Source: an uncultured Nitrospiraceae bacterium
GTDB taxonomy: Bacteria; Nitrospirota; Nitrospiria; Nitrospirales; Nitrospiraceae
Length of the DNA: 64,000 nucleotides
Assembly: GCA_963706325.1 (NCBI GenBank)
Contig: CAVPLT010000001.1
Coordinates: 288,001-352,000, forward strand
Reading direction: 5' to 3'
Program-made: the position numbers and the translations under genes
The notes under the pieces: generated by a model
Database searches by the model: none
What the model saw: the letters and a program-made list of their open reading frames with translations, nothing else
What the model was told of the DNA's origin: nothing
Shown: positions 18,651 through 29,480 of the stretch, piece after piece
How positions within the stretch are numbered: position 1 is the first letter of the stretch
How the letters are laid out: every line of letters begins with the position of its first letter

Positions 18651-19739
18651 ATGAACACAGACCTCATCGCTGAATTTAGGCCCACAAAAAGCGCGCCACT
18701 GCTCGGATTTTGGTATCCGGCCACCACGAGCACATCGTTGGCGGTGGGCCAAATGCAATCGCAGGTGATGCTGGGACAACCGATGCTTCTCTGCCGCGAC
18801 CGCCAGGGACAGGTGGCCGCCATGCGGGACATTTGCCCTCACCGCGGCATGCCTCTCTCGTTCGGACATTTCGACGGCGAACGTGTCGAATGCGCCTACC
18901 ATGGGTGGCAATTCGATACGGGCGGCCGTTGTCGCCACATCCCATCGCTCGTCAAGGACTCGCCGCTCCGACCCGATAAGATCGGTATTGCGTCGTACCC
19001 CTGCCAGGATCAGGACGGCTATGTGTGGGTGTTTCTCGCCGACCCGCAACAACCGAATCAGCCTGTTCCAGAGCTACCGCATCTCCCCCTACCCTCCGAA
19101 CCCTACCGCATGGTCCAGATCTCGACGATTGTGGGATGCACCAGCGACGACGGCATCGTCAGCTTCATGGATCCGGCCCATGGTCCCTTCGTGCACCAGA
19201 GCTCTTGGTGGCGAACGAAGGCCAGCATGCACGACAAGGTCAAAACCTATGAGCCGATTCCGAACGGGTTTCGTATGGTTCCCCATGCGCCCTCCCAAAA
19301 TAGCGGCCCCTACAAGTTGCTGAATCTTTTTTACGGTGGGCCACTGACGACAACCATCGATTTCGTGCTTCCCAACCAACGCTTCGAGTTCGTCCAGTGC
19401 GGCTCAATGTTCGTCTCCTCTCGCATAACCATCACCCCGATGGGCGAACAGCAATGTCGAATCGATTTTTGCGCCGCGTGGAACGCGCTGCGATGGCTAC
19501 CGTTTTCCAAGACGCTGTTCCGGCACTTCGGCAATATCTTTCTGAAACAGGATAAGCAGGCCATGGAGCGGCAGGCCATCGGCTTACGCTATAAACCCCC
19601 TCTCATGCTGGTCGATGAGGCTGATACGCTGATCAAGTGGTACTACAAGCTGAAGACCGCTCATCTCGCGGCGGTGCAAACCGGCCGTCCCCTGGATCAT
19701 CCCCTGAAAGGTCCGGTCACGCTTCGTTGGAGAAGTTAG
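18651..19739 (+). CDS. Rieske non-heme iron oxygenase alpha subunit (VanA/PAO-like)
   Basis: CPHR...CAYHGW Rieske motif; DPAHGPFVH mononuclear Fe motif; QD near the C-terminus. Confidence 0.93.
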   Translation: MNTDLIAEFRPTKSAPLLGFWYPATTSTSLAVGQMQSQVMLGQPMLLCRDRQGQVAAMRDICPHRGMPLSFGHFDGERVECAYHGWQFDTGGRCRHIPSLVKDSPLRPDKIGIASYPCQDQDGYVWVFLADPQQPNQPVPELPHLPLPSEPYRMVQISTIVGCTSDDGIVSFMDPAHGPFVHQSSWWRTKASMHDKVKTYEPIPNGFRMVPHAPSQNSGPYKLLNLFYGGPLTTTIDFVLPNQRFEFVQCGSMFVSSRITITPMGEQQCRIDFCAAWNALRWLPFSKTLFRHFGNIFLKQDKQAMERQAIGLRYKPPLMLVDEADTLIKWYYKLKTAHLAAVQTGRPLDHPLKGPVTLRWRS

Positions 19740-19751
19740 CCGGTTGCGCGT

Positions 19752-21776
19752 TCACTTGGTGGGTTGGCTCAAGCCATTGTGCGGCTCGTTGAGCAGCGCC
19801 ATAGCCCGACGTATCTGATCACGTGATCCCAGCAGCGTCACCACATCTCCCGATTGCAGACGCACCGTTTCGGCCGGATTCGACTGCGTCAGCTGGTTAC
19901 GCGTCCAGGCAATGATAGACGCGCCGGTCCGTGGACGAATCGAGAGTTCGGCCAAAGACTTGCCCACCGCCGGAGCCTCCTCATCGATGCGGCAAGTTTC
20001 CACCTCGACATCGGTCAGGGTGCCCCCGCGAAGATGGTGAGCCAATTCAGGCATCTCGCTGCGACGTAACAAGGCATATCCCTCCCGCCGGATTTGTTCG
20101 GCTTTTCTGGCCACGAACTCCTGCGGCAAACTGTAGGTGCGCAGCACCAGCGCGAAGATTTCAATCGACGTCTCAAACTCCTCCGGCACCACGTCGTCCG
20201 CGCCTAACTGGTGCAACTCTTCCAACTCCCGCAGATAACGGGTCCGCACGACGATGTGCACAGCCGGGTTGAGCCCCTTCGCGACCTTTACCGTTCTCCG
20301 AGCCGTAAATGGATCGGAGAGCGCCACGACCAGCACTTTGGCCTCTTCTATCTTCATGTGTCGCAGGACATTGGCATTCGAGCCGTCGCCATAATAGATC
20401 GGCACGCCATGACGCGACTCGCGGCGAACCGTATCGCCATCCAGATCGAGCGCCACGTGGGGGATCTCCGTTTCGCTCAGCACACGAGCCAGGTTTCGAC
20501 CGTTCAATCCATACCCCACAATGATCACATGGTCTTTAATACGAATCTGCGATCCTGCCAACTGTTCAACATGCGCAGCTGTCCGAGTCGGCAGCCATCC
20601 CCGCACACGTTGCATCGCTTCGATCCGCCGTCCCAAGTGAGGCGACCACTGCATCAAAAAGGGGGTCACCACCATCGTCAGGACCGACGTCGCCAGGAAT
20701 AAATTGTACAGTTCGCCGGTAAACAACCCCGCATCTTGCCCCTGTTGCGCCAGAATAAAACTGAATTCGCCTACCTGCGCCAGGGCCATTCCAACAAGAA
20801 TCGCCGACCTAGGCGGGGCCCCCGCCGCAATCATCGCTCCGGTACCGGCCACCAGCTTTCCGACAATGACCGCCACAAGCAACCCCAGGACGATGAACGG
20901 ATGGTTCAGCACCACACGCAGGTCCATCAACACTCCGATGGACACGAAGAACAGACTGTTGAAACTGTCACGGAACGGCAGGACCTCCGCCAATGCTTGA
21001 TGGCTATATTCAGATTCAGAAATGACGAGACCGGCGATAAATGCACCGAGAGCCAACGACAGTCCGCCCAGCGAGGTCAGCCAGGCAATACCGAGGCAGA
21101 GGACAATGATTGAGAGCAGAAACAGCTCCCGACTTCGGCTGCGTACGATATGCCGCAGCAACCGCGGTACCAGGTACCAAGCTGCTGCGACAATCAAGCC
21201 CACGACTAGGGCCGCCTTGAGCAAGGTCGTGAGGACCGTCCCCATTGCGCTTCCGCTCGGCGTCGCTAAAATTGGTGTGATGAGCATCATGGGAACGACA
21301 GCCAGGTCCTGGAAGATCAGGATCGCAACCGTGGCCCGACCATGAAACGAATCGCTCTCGCCCTGCTCGGAAAGCGCCTTCAAAACAATCGCCGTACTAC
21401 TTAACGAGAGGACAAAACCCCAGAAAATTCCCTGTTGATAGGACAGTCCTACTGCAAGTGCGCCCAGCATCGCCAAGATCAGCACGCCACCGGTCTGGAC
21501 CGGAGCGGCAACCATGAGAATGCGGCGAGCCGCCGCAAAATGCGCCGAGGAGAACTCCATGCCGATGGTGAAGAGCAGAAGCACAATCCCGATCTCGGCC
21601 AACACCTGCACCTGACTGACGTCCGGAATCAAATGGAGGCCATGCGGACCGATGAGTGCGCCCGCAACCAGAAAGCCGGCGATCGACGGCAACCGGAACT
21701 GGTGAAACACGAAGACCACTACCGTGGACACCGTATAGATCACTAGAAGATCGCCAAGAACTGCGTAATCGCTCAT
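19752..21776 (-). CDS. CPA2 (Kef-type) cation:proton antiporter with TrkA-N and TrkA-C domains
   Basis: LSSTAIVLK, LIFQDLAVVP, LAQVGEFSFIL, IIVGYGLNG, C-terminal RCK_C. Confidence 0.95.
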   Translation of the reverse strand: MSDYAVLGDLLVIYTVSTVVVFVFHQFRLPSIAGFLVAGALIGPHGLHLIPDVSQVQVLAEIGIVLLLFTIGMEFSSAHFAAARRILMVAAPVQTGGVLILAMLGALAVGLSYQQGIFWGFVLSLSSTAIVLKALSEQGESDSFHGRATVAILIFQDLAVVPMMLITPILATPSGSAMGTVLTTLLKAALVVGLIVAAAWYLVPRLLRHIVRSRSRELFLLSIIVLCLGIAWLTSLGGLSLALGAFIAGLVISESEYSHQALAEVLPFRDSFNSLFFVSIGVLMDLRVVLNHPFIVLGLLVAVIVGKLVAGTGAMIAAGAPPRSAILVGMALAQVGEFSFILAQQGQDAGLFTGELYNLFLATSVLTMVVTPFLMQWSPHLGRRIEAMQRVRGWLPTRTAAHVEQLAGSQIRIKDHVIIVGYGLNGRNLARVLSETEIPHVALDLDGDTVRRESRHGVPIYYGDGSNANVLRHMKIEEAKVLVVALSDPFTARRTVKVAKGLNPAVHIVVRTRYLRELEELHQLGADDVVPEEFETSIEIFALVLRTYSLPQEFVARKAEQIRREGYALLRRSEMPELAHHLRGGTLTDVEVETCRIDEEAPAVGKSLAELSIRPRTGASIIAWTRNQLTQSNPAETVRLQSGDVVTLLGSRDQIRRAMALLNEPHNGLSQPTK

Positions 21777-21938
21777 CCTATGTGGACCCCAATAAAAGTC
21801 TGGATCACGTACTGCTGCGTATCGGCACGCAGCATACCTTAGGGCTCTCAACTGAACAAGCAGTTCTGCTTGTTTGGACGTCGCGCTGGACTACCGTGGC
21901 GCCCACGCCCGCCACAAGCCGTTCACGGGAGGATTCCC

Positions 21939-22265
21939 CTGCGCGCCATCATTTTTGATTTCGATGGCGTCGTTTCTAACGATGAAAACGCCGCATGTGC
22001 ACTGCTTTCAGCAAAGCCTTCAGAACAGGAACCAAGTTGGGCAGGGAGGACTATTATGGAACCTACCTCGGCATGGACAAGCGGACCTGCGGTGCTGCGC
22101 TGCTACAAGCGAGGGTTGGAGTCTGCGATGCCCTCCTCCACGCAGAGATTTTCGAAAGGAAGGCGACCATTTGAATTGATTGTCTCCGCGGACGAATGCT
22201 CCGTCTGGAAACCAGATCCGACAATCTATGAGTTCACGCTTAGGCAGTTGAATGCGCGTCGAGCC
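21939..22265 (+). pseudogene. degraded HAD-family phosphatase
   Basis: LRAIIFDFDGV (motif I), HVHCFQQSL, DYYGTYLGMD and FELIVSADE...KPDP fall in different frames; middle and C-terminus missing. Confidence 0.75.
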
Positions 22266-22431
22266 GGTATGCTGGCGGGATTGAAGACCGGACATGCGCA
22301 TCTTGGCTGTCGCCACGATCTATCCGGCATTCGAGTTGAACAGTGCACACCTCGTGCTTCCGAACTGGTCCGGAATCCTCCCAGCGGATCTTGCCCGACG
22401 GCTATTTTAGGAAACAGGAGAAAGACGGAGG

Positions 22432-22827
22432 CTAGAAAGGAATGCGAATGCCCATTTGAAACTCGTTCGGCATCATGCCCTTTCCCAACGACTCGCCCAA
22501 GAGGTTTTGCTGAGGGAACATCGACGAAGAACCCATCGCCCGGTCGCGCTCTGTCACAAACCCACCGCCAAATCCAGCCCCGACAAACGGAATCAACGTC
22601 TGCTGGCTGAGCTGTAACCGTCCGCTTAACGTGGGGGTCTGCCGAATTATGTCCTGCTCGCGATTGTTGATAGTAGGAAGTTGAGACAATGGGCTCGGGG
22701 ACGGGAGGCGACTCGCGCTCCACGCCGGCAATTCGTTCAGCGGATTTTCCGCAGATGCCATCCCGGCGCACAGTAGCCCGAGCAATCCTGCCCGGAGCAT
22801 TGACCGGCTGATCACGAGGATGTTCAT
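22432..22827 (-). CDS. hypothetical exported protein, partial beta-barrel-like
   Basis: Signal peptide, PFVGAGFGGG, ends QMGIRIPF. Confidence 0.75.
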   Translation of the reverse strand: MNILVISRSMLRAGLLGLLCAGMASAENPLNELPAWSASRLPSPSPLSQLPTINNREQDIIRQTPTLSGRLQLSQQTLIPFVGAGFGGGFVTERDRAMGSSSMFPQQNLLGESLGKGMMPNEFQMGIRIPF

Positions 22828-23352
22828 CCCGCTATCTTTCCCTGCTCCAACATATGCCCTTTTTCACTTTACTCCATACTCCCAACGCGCGACAAGTAGG
22901 CGTCTGCAACGACCATTCAATCGGAGGTCAGGAGCAGTGGAGGATCCTGTTTATCTTATTGGCGCACGAGTCGCCATACATACGACGACCGTCCAATGTG
23001 ACAGCCAGGAAGTCCTATCTCTGGCGGTCGATACGCAGCCGGACCACGAGCAGGCATTACCCGGCAAGGATGTTGCGGAACGCACGCATTTCGCACAACT
23101 GGAATGAAGAAGCAGGATTCAGTAACGGCAGGCTAACGCTGGAGCATCAAGTGGACACGATTGAGCTGCTCGGTGGTATGCCACAATCCTCGCCCACCCA
23201 GTGCGCTTGGACATCGCCAGCGGCATGCAATCGTTGAGCGACCCTGCCGGTTTCTATCACGATAGGAACTCGATGGGGGTCGGAGATGGCGGAACACCGC
23301 GAGTGAGAGTCCCATTGGCTACGGATGCGACGCTGAAGGATGACGGTTGCGG

Positions 23353-24375
23353 TCACACTTTGTAGTATTCCCGGTACCAGTCGACGAAACGCCCGATGCC
23401 CGTTTCGATCGACGTGGCTGGTTTGAAGCCGGTGTCGCGCATCAGGTCCGCCACGTCGGCATAGGTCGCCGGCACGTCGCCGGGCTGAAGCGGGAGAAAA
23501 TTCTTTTCGGCTTTCTTGCCGAGCGTCTGTTCCAGGACTTCGATGAAGCGCAGCAGTTCAACCGGCTGGTGATTGCCGATGTTGTAGAGACGATAGGGTG
23601 CGGAGCTGCCGCCTGGGTCGGGCTTGTCACTGGACCACGTCGGATCGGGCTGCGCGGGGCGATCCAGCGTACGGAGGACTCCTTCGACAATATCGTCGAC
23701 GTAGGTAAAATCGCGCTGCATCTTCCCGTGATTGAAGACGTCGATCGGCTTTCCTTCCAGAATCGCCTTCGTAAAAAGAAACAGCGCCATATCAGGACGG
23801 CCCCAAGGTCCGTAGACAGTAAAAAATCGCAGCCCCGTAATCGGAAATCGGTACAGGTGGGCGTAACAATGCGCCATCAGCTCATTCGCCTTCTTCGTGG
23901 CAGCGTAAAGAGAAACGGGGTGATCGACATTATCATGCACCGAGAACGGCATCTGCGTATGCCCGCCGTATACCGAACTGGTAGAGGCGTAGACGAGATG
24001 CTCGGCCTGGTGATGCCGGCAGCCTTCGAGGATATTCAGAAACCCGTCGATATTGCTGGCGGTGTAGGCGTGCGGATTGACCAATGAATACCGGACGCCG
24101 GCCTGCGCGGCCAAATGGACGACTCGTCTGATAGGCTGTTGCTCGAAGAGCGCGGCAATTCCGGTACGATCGGAGAGGTCCAGTTTCGTGAATTGGAATT
24201 GCGGATGCGGGAGCAACCTCGCTAAACGTGCTTCCTTCAGTCGCACATCGTAGTAGTCGTTGAGATTATCCAGCCCAAGCACCGAATCGCCTCGATCGAG
24301 CAGCCGCCTGGCCACATGAGACCCGATAAAGCCGGCCGCGCCGGTCACGAGCACTAATTTCTTGCCAGAACCCAT
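23353..24375 (-). CDS. NAD-dependent epimerase (UDP-glucuronate 4-epimerase-like)
   Basis: [35 protein letters not shown]. Confidence 0.96.
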   Translation of the reverse strand: MGSGKKLVLVTGAAGFIGSHVARRLLDRGDSVLGLDNLNDYYDVRLKEARLARLLPHPQFQFTKLDLSDRTGIAALFEQQPIRRVVHLAAQAGVRYSLVNPHAYTASNIDGFLNILEGCRHHQAEHLVYASTSSVYGGHTQMPFSVHDNVDHPVSLYAATKKANELMAHCYAHLYRFPITGLRFFTVYGPWGRPDMALFLFTKAILEGKPIDVFNHGKMQRDFTYVDDIVEGVLRTLDRPAQPDPTWSSDKPDPGGSSAPYRLYNIGNHQPVELLRFIEVLEQTLGKKAEKNFLPLQPGDVPATYADVADLMRDTGFKPATSIETGIGRFVDWYREYYKV

Positions 24376-24414
24376 ATCACTTTCCTTTCCAGGCCGGTTA
24401 TCTGTGCCACGAAC

Positions 24415-26040
24415 TTAGGCGCGCCCGCCCCGCTTCATGAACGACGGCTCCCCGTGATCGACCCGGTAGAGCGACATCGGAGCCAAGGCTTCAACCGGAG
24501 ATGAGATCTGCACCGACCCATCGCTGGCGCGTCGAAATATATCCAGTGCCCGAGCGCGATGATATCGACAATCATGCCGGCCCAAAAGCTCTTTTAATTT
24601 TTCCGGTGGTTCCCAATTGGCAGTGAGCAGTGCCGTCCGCGCCGGATTGCGTTGGCTGAACATGAACGACAGATGATCGGGGTACCAATCGGCTCCGCCG
24701 GTGGCATAGGACACAAAGAGCCCGGCCTGGGCTGCGACACAGAGCTCGTCCAAATAGCTATTGGTGAGATACCCATTTTCGCCCACATCAAGCCAGAGCC
24801 CTGGATGAGACAGCGGCGCATGGGCGGCGTAACTGCGGATTTCCTGCAGTTGCTGTTGTGAGGCCAAGAGCAACCCGATGGGCCCATACTTTTGAACCAG
24901 CTGTTGAATCACGCCCTCTTTGATGGCCGAGCGGCCGCTGTTGGTCGGCCCGCTGTCTGCATGAACCAACACGTTGTGCCCGCGATCGGTCACCAGGTAA
25001 CAGTTTCTGGGCATCTCCAGATCACAGGGATCTTCGCCAAAGAACGGCACCGATACCACAGCGCCGCCATCGAAATTCCATGTTTCGCCGTGTGCCAGTT
25101 CGATGATGTTGGTACAGCCCAACTCCCTCAGCAGCGGAATGTAATCGTAGAAATATTTCTTTCGGTTCCGCCGGCTGGGAACAACGACCGGCACATCCTT
25201 CGGCACATGCAGCAGCGTCCGTGGATCCACGTGGTCGTCGTGGTCATGTGTCAAGAAAATCGCCGTAGGCTTAGGCAGCATCGACACCCACAGGCTCGGC
25301 ACGTTCGACTCCGCGAACCAAGGCAGCAGCCATGGATCGAACAGCAAAAAATGATCGCGCTGTCGATACATCAACGCGGCATGTCCCAGATGAATGGTGT
25401 CCCGATCTTTCGTATTTAACAACCATTGCTCTCGATTCGACGCCTTTACCGTGGGAGTCAGGCATTCATACTGCACGAACAGGTCCATCAGTTTCGCCAA
25501 TAGCCGCTCTCCGTCTCGGCCGGCTGTCGCCACGATGGTTTGTATGGCCCCGACTTGGTGCGTGCCATCCAACATGCCGATCAATTTCCCCACGACCGGT
25601 CCCATCGGCCGATCGAATGGCACTGGAATCGCCTGACGCTTGACGGCATTAAAAATACGCAGGCCGGTGTTGACCACGGTCGCCGATTTCGTGGGATCGA
25701 AGGGATGCGACCACTCGAATGTTCCGTCCGGTCGGCGCCGCGCGGTGATGCGTTGGCTGAACTGCTGGCGCGAATTGATCAGTTCGGCATAGGCATCTTC
25801 CAATCGCACCTTGATGTGCGGATCACCGAGCGTCGCGCGACGGGAAAACACATCGCTGATGGCCGTTTCCACACAGGGGAGAAACAGGCTATGGGCTTCG
25901 TGCAGGCTCGCCACGACCTCAGGAGCCACCCCGCCGATAAAAGGAAATGGGCCCGGCGGCTGATTGCTTTCGAGTTGTACCCAGACCCACGGCGCAAGGC
26001 CTACATAGTGATCGCGCGGCAATGAATCCCAAACACTCAT
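24415..26040 (-). CDS. MBL-fold metallo-hydrolase with long N-terminal extension
   Basis: HLGHAAL, LLFDPW, THDHDDH (HxHxDH). Confidence 0.88.
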   Translation of the reverse strand: MSVWDSLPRDHYVGLAPWVWVQLESNQPPGPFPFIGGVAPEVVASLHEAHSLFLPCVETAISDVFSRRATLGDPHIKVRLEDAYAELINSRQQFSQRITARRRPDGTFEWSHPFDPTKSATVVNTGLRIFNAVKRQAIPVPFDRPMGPVVGKLIGMLDGTHQVGAIQTIVATAGRDGERLLAKLMDLFVQYECLTPTVKASNREQWLLNTKDRDTIHLGHAALMYRQRDHFLLFDPWLLPWFAESNVPSLWVSMLPKPTAIFLTHDHDDHVDPRTLLHVPKDVPVVVPSRRNRKKYFYDYIPLLRELGCTNIIELAHGETWNFDGGAVVSVPFFGEDPCDLEMPRNCYLVTDRGHNVLVHADSGPTNSGRSAIKEGVIQQLVQKYGPIGLLLASQQQLQEIRSYAAHAPLSHPGLWLDVGENGYLTNSYLDELCVAAQAGLFVSYATGGADWYPDHLSFMFSQRNPARTALLTANWEPPEKLKELLGRHDCRYHRARALDIFRRASDGSVQISSPVEALAPMSLYRVDHGEPSFMKRGGRA

Positions 26041-26129
26041 GGTCGTGAGGCGTGCCGCGTGACGCGCACATGGGGGTCGGTAAGCCAATTGGCAAACTGT
26101 TTGCGCATAATCACCCTGCCCTTAGCACC

Positions 26130-26555
26130 TTACTCTTCACGCTTACATTCCAGCTTACTGATCGTTGGTTCATACAACGCCTGAATCACATTGCCGTCCG
26201 GGTCGGTAAAATAGAACGAATAACTGCCGTCGCGGTGTTGTTTGGGTGGCTTGGCGATGGTGGCTCCATACTGAGCCGCGTCCGATTGCACGTCGAGAAA
26301 CAGTTCGTCCACCTGCGCAGGACTCCCGAAGATGACGCCGAAGTGGTCGAGCAATTGCCCGCGCGGCGGCTGGTACTGCGCGAGTTCATTGGGGGCGATT
26401 TGGTGCAAGGCCAGATTGTCGCTTCCCGAACTAAAATAGACATTGTCCGGATCCGGCTGCCAGACCACCTTCATCGCCAGGAACCGCTCGTAGAAAGCGC
26501 GCGACCGAGCAAGATCCGTCACGCGAAGGGCCAGATGTCGTAAGCCAAGATGCAT
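26130..26555 (-). CDS. VOC/glyoxalase family protein
   Basis: LRHLALRV.DL.RS..FY, DHFG, FYFTDPDGNVIQ. Confidence 0.93.
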   Translation of the reverse strand: MHLGLRHLALRVTDLARSRAFYERFLAMKVVWQPDPDNVYFSSGSDNLALHQIAPNELAQYQPPRGQLLDHFGVIFGSPAQVDELFLDVQSDAAQYGATIAKPPKQHRDGSYSFYFTDPDGNVIQALYEPTISKLECKREE

Positions 26556-26730
26556 GGACAGACCGAGTTCTCCTGCGCGTATAGTAGGTGGACCCCTGTC
26601 ACCTCGTCAATGCTCATTGCCTCCTCCCGTCATCAATTACCGCCGGCAGGACCTACAACTAGTCATGTTTCTGACGTAGGCCCTGTGGTACGATCGCTCA
26701 ACGTTTCTACGATCAAAGGAGCTAGGAGTT

Positions 26731-27573
26731 ATGTTGGCACGATCCTTCTTCGCACTAGTGGTAGCGGTCGTCGGACTGAACGGCGCGGCTTCGCAAGCAA
26801 CTGCGGCGGGACAGGCCGCACTTCCCCAGGAAATCACGGGAAAGGACGGCGCGCCGCTCGTGCTGATTCCAACCGGCCCCTACCCAATGGGAGTACCTTT
26901 CGGAGATCGCGATGGGGGACGCGATGAATATCCTCGCCACGTCGTCGAGGTCACGGATTTCTACATGGACAAATACGAAGTGACCAACGGCCGATACCTG
27001 GAATTCGTGAAGGCGACGAATCATCGCGTCCCACAAAATCCGAAAAACCCGACCCGCAACCTGTGGGAAGGAGTCGGCATTCCGGATTCTCTCGCGGACC
27101 GGCCGGTGATCAACGTGGATTGGGCGGACGCGGACGCCTACTGCAAATGGGCCGGCAGGCGGTTACCTCGCGAAGCCGAGTGGGAAAAAGCCGCGAAAGG
27201 CAACAACGACTGGCGATTCCCCTGGGGGAACGTGGAGCCCACGAATAAACACCTCAACTTCAATCAGAGGTGGATCGGAGAAAAGACTCTTATGCCAGTG
27301 GGCAGTTATGAGAGCGGGAAAAGCCCCTATGGGGTCTACGACATGGCCGGCAACGTCTGGGAATGGATGAACGATTGGTACGATGGGAAGTACTATGAAA
27401 AAAGCCCCGCCAAGAATCCCCCCGGACCGGAGAGCGGCAACAAGCGGGTCATTCGAGGCGCCGGCTGGCAGAATGAGACACCGACCGTCCGCATCTTTAC
27501 TCGGGTAGACAGCGATCCGACGATGCGGAACGAATCGACCGGATTTCGATGCGCGATGGACGTCCCGAAGTAA
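26731..27573 (+). CDS. formylglycine-generating enzyme (SUMF1/EgtB/PvdO) family exported protein
   Basis: KYEVTN, RLPREAEWEKAA, DMAGNVWEW, GFRC; signal peptide; AGGAG RBS. Confidence 0.94.
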   Translation: MLARSFFALVVAVVGLNGAASQATAAGQAALPQEITGKDGAPLVLIPTGPYPMGVPFGDRDGGRDEYPRHVVEVTDFYMDKYEVTNGRYLEFVKATNHRVPQNPKNPTRNLWEGVGIPDSLADRPVINVDWADADAYCKWAGRRLPREAEWEKAAKGNNDWRFPWGNVEPTNKHLNFNQRWIGEKTLMPVGSYESGKSPYGVYDMAGNVWEWMNDWYDGKYYEKSPAKNPPGPESGNKRVIRGAGWQNETPTVRIFTRVDSDPTMRNESTGFRCAMDVPK

Positions 27574-27613
27574 CCCATTCTTCACCGCGACCCTTCCTTG
27601 AGTGCAGGATGCC

Positions 27614-28450
27614 ATGGCCAATTCCGGCTTCAATGGGCTGACCGTCGCATCGTTTGAGTCGCGCATGGCTGCGGAGATGACGCGCCTGATCGAACGCCAT
27701 GGCGGAAGGCCGCTGGTGGCGCCTGCATTGCGTGAAATTCCGCTAGAAGATCATTCCGCCGCCATCCGGTTCGGCGAGCAATTGCTAACAGAAGGCCTCG
27801 ACGTGCTGGTTCTGCTCACGGGAGCCGGCACCGCCACGCTGTTTGAGATCCTGCACCGCCGCTACCCCAAAGATAAGATCGCGAGCGCCCTGAAAAACAC
27901 CATACTGATTGCGCGTGGTCCCAAACCTGTCGCCGCGCTCAAAAGCCTCGGTTTTCAACCGACCTTGACCGTGCCGGAACCGAATACCTGGGTTGATGTC
28001 GTGTCGACACTGGACGATTACCGCCCCGTGCAGGGCCTGCGGGTGGCGGTGCAAGAATATGGTCTGCCGAATCTTGATTTGCGAGAGGCATTGAAACAAC
28101 GCGGAGCCTCTGTGGTTTCCGTACCGGTGTACCGATGGGCGCTCCCGGAAGATACCGCCCCGTTGAGGCAGGTGTTAGGTGAGCTTCTGGCGGGACATGT
28201 TCAGGTTATGTTGATTACCAATGCCGCCCAGATCGATCACGTCATGCAGGTCGCGGAACAGGACGGACAGTCGACGCAGTTCAGAGAGTCCTGCAAGAAG
28301 GTGGTCGTCTCTTCCATCGGCCCCACCGCCAGCGAACGCATTCGAAGCCACGGCTTATCGGTGGATTTCGAACCGTCGCACGGGAAAATGGGCATCCTCG
28401 TCAAAGAAACAAGCGAGCAGGCCCACCGTCTCTTAGTCGCCAAACATTAA
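27614..28450 (+). CDS. hemD: uroporphyrinogen-III synthase
   Basis: SFESR, ARGPKP, VAVQEYG, VPVYRWALP, SIGP. Confidence 0.9.
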   Translation: MANSGFNGLTVASFESRMAAEMTRLIERHGGRPLVAPALREIPLEDHSAAIRFGEQLLTEGLDVLVLLTGAGTATLFEILHRRYPKDKIASALKNTILIARGPKPVAALKSLGFQPTLTVPEPNTWVDVVSTLDDYRPVQGLRVAVQEYGLPNLDLREALKQRGASVVSVPVYRWALPEDTAPLRQVLGELLAGHVQVMLITNAAQIDHVMQVAEQDGQSTQFRESCKKVVVSSIGPTASERIRSHGLSVDFEPSHGKMGILVKETSEQAHRLLVAKH

Positions 28451-28522
28451 GGCGACAAACGTTTAGGTCGCACAGTCTTCACCCCCGTGACGACAGACAG
28501 CTCATTCGACAGTCATCCAACG

Positions 28523-29479
28523 TTACTTCGGCTGAGCCGACAATTCTCCTACGCCTTCTTTCACATCCCGTGCGCAGCGAAACCCGAGCCAATTCATTTT
28601 CGTAGTGGGCTCCGTCCCGTTACGTTGAGCAGGCCGCACGGAAGGCGTGCTGTCGATCCAGCCGCCGCCGCGAAAGGCTTTCTGTGTCCCGGTTTCCGGC
28701 CCCTTGGGATTTCGGTCTGGCGCCGTTTTATAATATTTCGGATCGTACCAATCGTCAGTCCATTCCGCCACATTGCCGGCCATCTGGTAGACGCCATAGG
28801 GACTGACTGAATTTTCGTATTTGTCCACGGAGACGATCGGCGGATAGAGCAACAATCGCTCCGGACGATCCCGCACGGGTCCCGACAGTCCGGTCCGGCC
28901 AAAGTTGGCTCTGGAGAGACCGGCCATTTGATTGCCCCAGGGATAAATTCGGCCATCCTCTCCCCTCGCGGCCTTTTCCCACTCCGCCGAGGTGGGCAAT
29001 CGTTTGCCGGCCCATTTACAATAGGCTTCTGCATCAAACCATGAGACATGCATGACCGGGTGACTGGCCATCGTGTCCTGGAAATTACCACCATCATATT
29101 GCCAATCGATCAAGGGGGCGCGATTCGAAGCCAGGACGAATTTCAAGAATTGCACCGTGGTCACTTCATACTTGTCGATCTCATAGGCGTCGAGATAGAC
29201 CTTTCGCTGCGGGAACTCGGCCGCATAGGAATTTTTGTCAACTTTCTTATCACTCCCCATCAAAAACTCGCCGGCAGGTATTCGGATCATCTCGTCATGC
29301 GCCGGCAGCTTGATCCGTTCGGCGGCCAGTTTTTTACCGTCCGGGGTCCATTCCCTAGTCACGTCGGCAACGTCCAGCGCGTAGAGGCCGCCGCTGAGTG
29401 TCAGGACACCCGCCACCATGACCCCTGCAATTCTTCCTATCTTTCGCACTATCACAGCCCTCCTTGTCCCGGTCCACAC
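28523..29479 (-). CDS. formylglycine-generating enzyme family exported protein
   Basis: IPAGEFLMGS, RLPTSAEWEKAARG, MAGNVAEW, LGFRCAR. Confidence 0.94.
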   Translation of the reverse strand: MWTGTRRAVIVRKIGRIAGVMVAGVLTLSGGLYALDVADVTREWTPDGKKLAAERIKLPAHDEMIRIPAGEFLMGSDKKVDKNSYAAEFPQRKVYLDAYEIDKYEVTTVQFLKFVLASNRAPLIDWQYDGGNFQDTMASHPVMHVSWFDAEAYCKWAGKRLPTSAEWEKAARGEDGRIYPWGNQMAGLSRANFGRTGLSGPVRDRPERLLLYPPIVSVDKYENSVSPYGVYQMAGNVAEWTDDWYDPKYYKTAPDRNPKGPETGTQKAFRGGGWIDSTPSVRPAQRNGTEPTTKMNWLGFRCARDVKEGVGELSAQPK

Positions 29480-29480
29480 G

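Noticed and set aside
21870..22610. 246-aa ORF as an intact gene
   Set aside because: Chimera of HAD pseudogene fragments and antisense of the 22432..22827 gene
22854..23340. Short ORFs, including GTG 22938..23107 with an RBS-like sequence
   Set aside because: No recognisable motif and competing frames; cannot be supported without homology data
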